DNA of 64,000 nucleotides from Candidatus Cloacimonadales bacterium (GTDB lineage Bacteria; Cloacimonadota; Cloacimonadia; Cloacimonadales; DAONDQ01), in contig OY759316.1 in assembly GCA_963662275.1 (NCBI GenBank), positions 3,424,001-3,488,000 on the forward strand. Direction: 5' to 3'. Below, in pieces: positions 60,154-64,000 of this stretch. Positions within the stretch are counted from its first letter, which is position 1; each line of letters opens with the position of its first letter. Below the pieces are notes generated by a model. It did not search any database and was not told where the DNA came from. It saw only the letters and a program-made list of their open reading frames with translations. Both the position numbers and the translations under genes were made by a program.

Positions 60154-61887
60154 ATGAATGATCAAAATTCTTTACCACCCGAACCTAGTGAAGAAAAAAC
60201 AGGTATTCAATGCTTATTATCCGAAGCTCTCTTAAAAACCCAGGCAAATGAAAGAGTACCTGATCCAATTAAGCATATCTTGCAGAATTTATGTAATAAT
60301 GAACAATTAGATCTATCGACATTTGAACAACTACAGGAATTCATTGAAAATGAAACAACAGATTTACAGCTTATCTATGACATTTCCTATATACAATTAG
60401 TATATTATATAAGATCATTTCCATATTTTATCCGGAAATTCCACTCTCGCTCTGTTTATGATATTATGTGCCTGGCTATGGATCAGAGATTCCATTATCC
60501 GGATCAGAATCCAACGAAAATCCTAAATGAATTAAAGAAACATTTAGCCAAAACTGATGAAGCCAAGATCAATTTTAACAATCTCTCATCTGCACTGATA
60601 TTAGCTCAAATTCAGGCATACGATCTGACGTTGATTTACCTTGATAAGATCATTGATCCACAACATGATAACCCAAAACCTGTTATCCAGATCCTGACTG
60701 ATTTGATCAGGGCACTCATATATCGAAGACGTGGAGAATTCTTAAAAGCCCATAAAAAATTTGCTGAGATTTGTCTTGATTTATCACGATTTCAAGATTT
60801 AGAAGCTATACTCTACGTGCTAAATGATTGGACATATTTGTTCAACAGAGCAGGAGAACAACAAAGATCCATTTCAGCATTCAAACTAATCAGAGATAGT
60901 TTAGATAACACAAAATCAATGAATTATGCCAAAACACTTTACTATTTGTTTTACATCACGAAATATGAAAGACCAAAAGCTGAAAAAATTCAGTATCTGG
61001 AGGAACTTCTTCAGATACCCAACACAGTTCTTCAGAACCATGAATTACTCTATGTTCACTTTTATGCAGGTAACTTCTATTCCACGATACAAGTCAATTT
61101 TGCTGAATCAATCAAGCATTTTACTGAATCTAACTACTTTCTCATGAAAAGTTGGGAACAGCTTCTTCAGAATAATGCTTTCTTGCACGAGCATTTACCT
61201 ATGGATGAATTGAAAGTCGTTTCTTCTATCTTTGAATATAGGCTAAAAGACCTATTAAATGAAAATAGCCTTCAGATTAATCAATTTGTGCAATATCTGG
61301 AATTTGCCTATAATGAACAGAATAAATTATATGATAAAGTGCAGGAATTATCACTTACTGATAGTCTAACAGGTTTAAGAAACAGGCGTTACTTGCTGAA
61401 TAACATCCCACATTTACTTTTCCTGGCGAAAAGACACAAGAATCCCATAAGTTTCATTATGCTTGATATCGATGATTTCAAAAAAGCAAATGATATATAC
61501 GGGCATCTGGCTGGAGATAAAATACTTCATGATTTATCCGAATTGATACAAACTATGTTCCGTAAAAGCGACATTATTATTCGTTATGGTGGGGAAGAGT
61601 TCCTGTTAGTTCTATTCGATGCCCACACTGAAGATTCTTTAAGATTAACTGAAAAATTAAGAGAAGCAGTGGAGACAAATACATTTACTTTTCAAGATTA
61701 TCAAATTCATATCACCATTAGCGGGGGAATCAGTTCACATATATTTGATGATAAAGAAACAGAAGAGATTAACCTTGAAGATATGATCTCATTAGCAGAT
61801 CATGCCCTATATTATTCAAAAAAACACGGTAAGAATTCAATTACAACATGTGAACAGCTTGCGAATAAATTCCAGATGCCACTTTAA
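60154..61887 (+). CDS. Diguanylate cyclase with helical/TPR-like N-terminus
   Basis: TDSLTGLRNRR, DIDDFK..ND.YGH..GD, RKSD I-site, RYGGEEF. Confidence 0.92.
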   Translation: MNDQNSLPPEPSEEKTGIQCLLSEALLKTQANERVPDPIKHILQNLCNNEQLDLSTFEQLQEFIENETTDLQLIYDISYIQLVYYIRSFPYFIRKFHSRSVYDIMCLAMDQRFHYPDQNPTKILNELKKHLAKTDEAKINFNNLSSALILAQIQAYDLTLIYLDKIIDPQHDNPKPVIQILTDLIRALIYRRRGEFLKAHKKFAEICLDLSRFQDLEAILYVLNDWTYLFNRAGEQQRSISAFKLIRDSLDNTKSMNYAKTLYYLFYITKYERPKAEKIQYLEELLQIPNTVLQNHELLYVHFYAGNFYSTIQVNFAESIKHFTESNYFLMKSWEQLLQNNAFLHEHLPMDELKVVSSIFEYRLKDLLNENSLQINQFVQYLEFAYNEQNKLYDKVQELSLTDSLTGLRNRRYLLNNIPHLLFLAKRHKNPISFIMLDIDDFKKANDIYGHLAGDKILHDLSELIQTMFRKSDIIIRYGGEEFLLVLFDAHTEDSLRLTEKLREAVETNTFTFQDYQIHITISGGISSHIFDDKETEEINLEDMISLADHALYYSKKHGKNSITTCEQLANKFQMPL

Positions 61888-61890
61888 TTT

Positions 61891-62592
61891 ATGATATCAC
61901 AGTTATTAGAACAACATGACTCGATTCTCTATTATTCAGGGGATAAATCACAGGATTACCGTTCCTTATTGACCGATCATGAAGGAGTTATGATCCATCA
62001 AAATCTAGTTCCGAAAAACAGAATGGTCATTGGAGAACAAACACAATCTAACTACATCCATTTGGCAGAAGAAAAAGATGCTGGTGCGGGTTTTGTTTTA
62101 GAAAAACCAAGAATCCCGATTGCTGACGGATTTGTGACTCAAACACCGAATTTATTTCTTATGGTCAGATCCGCGGATTGTGTACCCATCCTGCTGTTTG
62201 ACCCGATCACAAAAACCGTTGGAGTAGTTCATTGTGGACGAGATGGAACAAGAAGAAATGCTGTTGGTGCTGCCATCAGCTTATTCTATTCCGCCTTTTT
62301 CGCAAAGCCTGGAGATATTCTTGCTATTATTGCACCCATGATTTGTGAGAAACATTATGAGGTCGATGCAACAACTTTTGAACAATTTGAAAGAGAAACA
62401 GCAATAAAACAAAATTTCCCTTGCCTTGATTTGAGACGTGCAGTTCATCAGCAATTGCTACAAGCTGGAGTTTTAGGAAAAAATATTGAACATCAAAGAG
62501 TCTGTACATATGAAGATGAAAGGTATTTTTCCTATCGCCGGGATGGGACAAAAAATCGTCAGATCTTCATGATAGGATTGGGAAATGAGTAA
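61891..62592 (+). CDS. pgeF: PgeF/YfiH family protein (purine nucleoside phosphorylase / polyphenol oxidase-like)
   Basis: ADG.VT, SADCVPILL, HCG, CT....FSYRR. Confidence 0.85.
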   Translation: MISQLLEQHDSILYYSGDKSQDYRSLLTDHEGVMIHQNLVPKNRMVIGEQTQSNYIHLAEEKDAGAGFVLEKPRIPIADGFVTQTPNLFLMVRSADCVPILLFDPITKTVGVVHCGRDGTRRNAVGAAISLFYSAFFAKPGDILAIIAPMICEKHYEVDATTFEQFERETAIKQNFPCLDLRRAVHQQLLQAGVLGKNIEHQRVCTYEDERYFSYRRDGTKNRQIFMIGLGNE

Positions 62593-63877
62593 AATTTATG
62601 AAAATGATAATCAGACTTTGCATTTGGAAGTACCTGATGATCATATGAGTGCTATGCTTACTATTCATCCGGAAAATGGGATGATCAATGAGAATGATAT
62701 CCTGGAACTAATTCGGGAAGCGGGTGTGACAAACGGCTTCCTGGAAGCCACTACATCTCTTTTACATGATAACTATGTTAAAAAATACAAGGAACCTTTC
62801 CCCATTGCTTTATGCAGATATGAAACCAGGGAACCAGAAATTACTTTATTGTATGACCAAAATGATACCTATCATCCAAGCGCTTCTCTTGATAAAAACC
62901 AAACACAAAAATGGAGTTATGTTGAGAAAGGAGCTGCGGTTGCTAAACTCGTTGTGTTTAATGAAGTCGGAAGAATCTTCAATGTCTTTGGAGAAACGGT
63001 TGATACAAACTATGATCTTGAAAGCCTAATCCAATCATATGAAGGTGAGAACATTTCCTATGACCCGATGAGTAGACAATTCATTGCAACTCATACAGGA
63101 TATCCCTATAGGAATGAAAAAGGGTTGCTGAGCATTATAAAGGATTTCCACATTGATGTTGATGTTGATCATTCATATGGTGATATCGCTTTAGCAGGTA
63201 ATCTGTCAATTAGGGGATCTGTGGGTGAGGGATGCAATATTTCTGTACTTGGTGATTTGTTTATTTCTGGCAATGTGATGCAATCCACCATTCGTGCCGG
63301 TGGTTCAATTACTATCCAGGGCTTGATTTCTGACTGTTCTGAAACGGGTATCCACGCACAAGGGGATATGAACCTCCATGCTGCTGAACGTTCAAAACTG
63401 ATCTGCTTTGGGAATGTTAACTTTGAATACAGCTTGGAAGATTGCAAACTAATCGGTGAGACTTCAATAAAGGGTGACTCTCAGGAAAGCCGTATCATTG
63501 GCGGAGTTAGTTATTCTGCAGGTTCAATCGATATTGCTAGTGCAGGGAATGGATTGGGTATCAATACAGAATTGGAAGTCACTATCAGTCCGTATTTGAA
63601 AGAACAGATGATTAACACTATGCGTGAAATCTTTCGATGCAAGGATCAGCCTAGCCCGGACCAGGATCAACTGGATGAATTAAATAAGAAAATGAATAAT
63701 CTGGAAACACGTTTAGACCAGGAAATTGACAGAATTCTCATCGGAGTAGATCAAGATTCCTTGTTTATTAAAATCCATAAGAAACTTTACCCCAATACTT
63801 ACCTGAGAATATTAAAAAAATCATATACTGCTGTTGAAGAACAGGAATCCTTTTTACTTACAGAAAACGAAAAATAG
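62585..63877 (+). CDS. FapA/DUF342 family protein
   Basis: D.MSA.L at the N-terminus, DVD...GDI..GN..I.G.V beta-helix, C-terminal coiled coil. Confidence 0.78.
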   Translation: MSKIYENDNQTLHLEVPDDHMSAMLTIHPENGMINENDILELIREAGVTNGFLEATTSLLHDNYVKKYKEPFPIALCRYETREPEITLLYDQNDTYHPSASLDKNQTQKWSYVEKGAAVAKLVVFNEVGRIFNVFGETVDTNYDLESLIQSYEGENISYDPMSRQFIATHTGYPYRNEKGLLSIIKDFHIDVDVDHSYGDIALAGNLSIRGSVGEGCNISVLGDLFISGNVMQSTIRAGGSITIQGLISDCSETGIHAQGDMNLHAAERSKLICFGNVNFEYSLEDCKLIGETSIKGDSQESRIIGGVSYSAGSIDIASAGNGLGINTELEVTISPYLKEQMINTMREIFRCKDQPSPDQDQLDELNKKMNNLETRLDQEIDRILIGVDQDSLFIKIHKKLYPNTYLRILKKSYTAVEEQESFLLTENEK

Positions 63878-63886
63878 GATATCAAA

Positions 63887-64000
63887 ATGTTAAAAATCAC
63901 ATTAGTTCAATTGTTGCTCCTTTTTACCTTATCCATGCTCGCTCTCGAACCACATTTTATGACTGATCCCGATATTTCACCCGATGGTCAGACTGTTTGT
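63887..64000 (+). CDS. 5' end of a secreted PD40-repeat protein (tricorn/S41 protease-like), truncated by the window edge
   Basis: MLKITLVQLLLLFTLSMLALEPHFMTDPDISPDGQTVC; not in the ORF track. Confidence 0.6.
   Translation, partial: MLKITLVQLLLLFTLSMLALEPHFMTDPDISPDGQTVC

Overview
A 64-kb, AT-rich chromosomal window from a diderm anaerobe. It is most likely Candidatus Cloacimonadota, inferred from several proteins with the YPNPFNP...IxNxKG...WNG FlgD-like C-terminal domain plus lptD and gmhB. The left edge holds the 5' 1.16 kb of a type II-C cas9 that the ORF track missed, with a divergent tracrRNA candidate. Any cas1/cas2/CRISPR array would lie outside the window. The rest is mostly housekeeping: addAB, phnDCE, alaS, pat, three tRNAs, gmhB, lptD, hisS, purA, mtnA, ftsB-like and pgeF. 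An accessory block at about 26-39 kb holds a bounded 1861-bp IS (11-bp TIR, 8-bp TSD) whose transposase mixes IS6 and IS256/Mutator motifs, a dnaE 5' relic, an AAA_14-DUF4143 ATPase with tandem upstream palindromes, and a soluble-adenylyl-cyclase-like STAND-TPR protein. The most unusual signal is non-coding. The long intergenic regions are mosaics of recurring modules: several heptamer tandem families (including a 36-unit two-variant array), 11-mer tandem tracts, GTRG REP hairpins with covariation, G/C-run palindromes, and a 252-bp MITE inserted into a heptamer tract. Some modules have been taken into gene ends (gmhB N-terminus, mtnA and SRAP C-termini). All calls come from reading motifs by eye; no database search was run.
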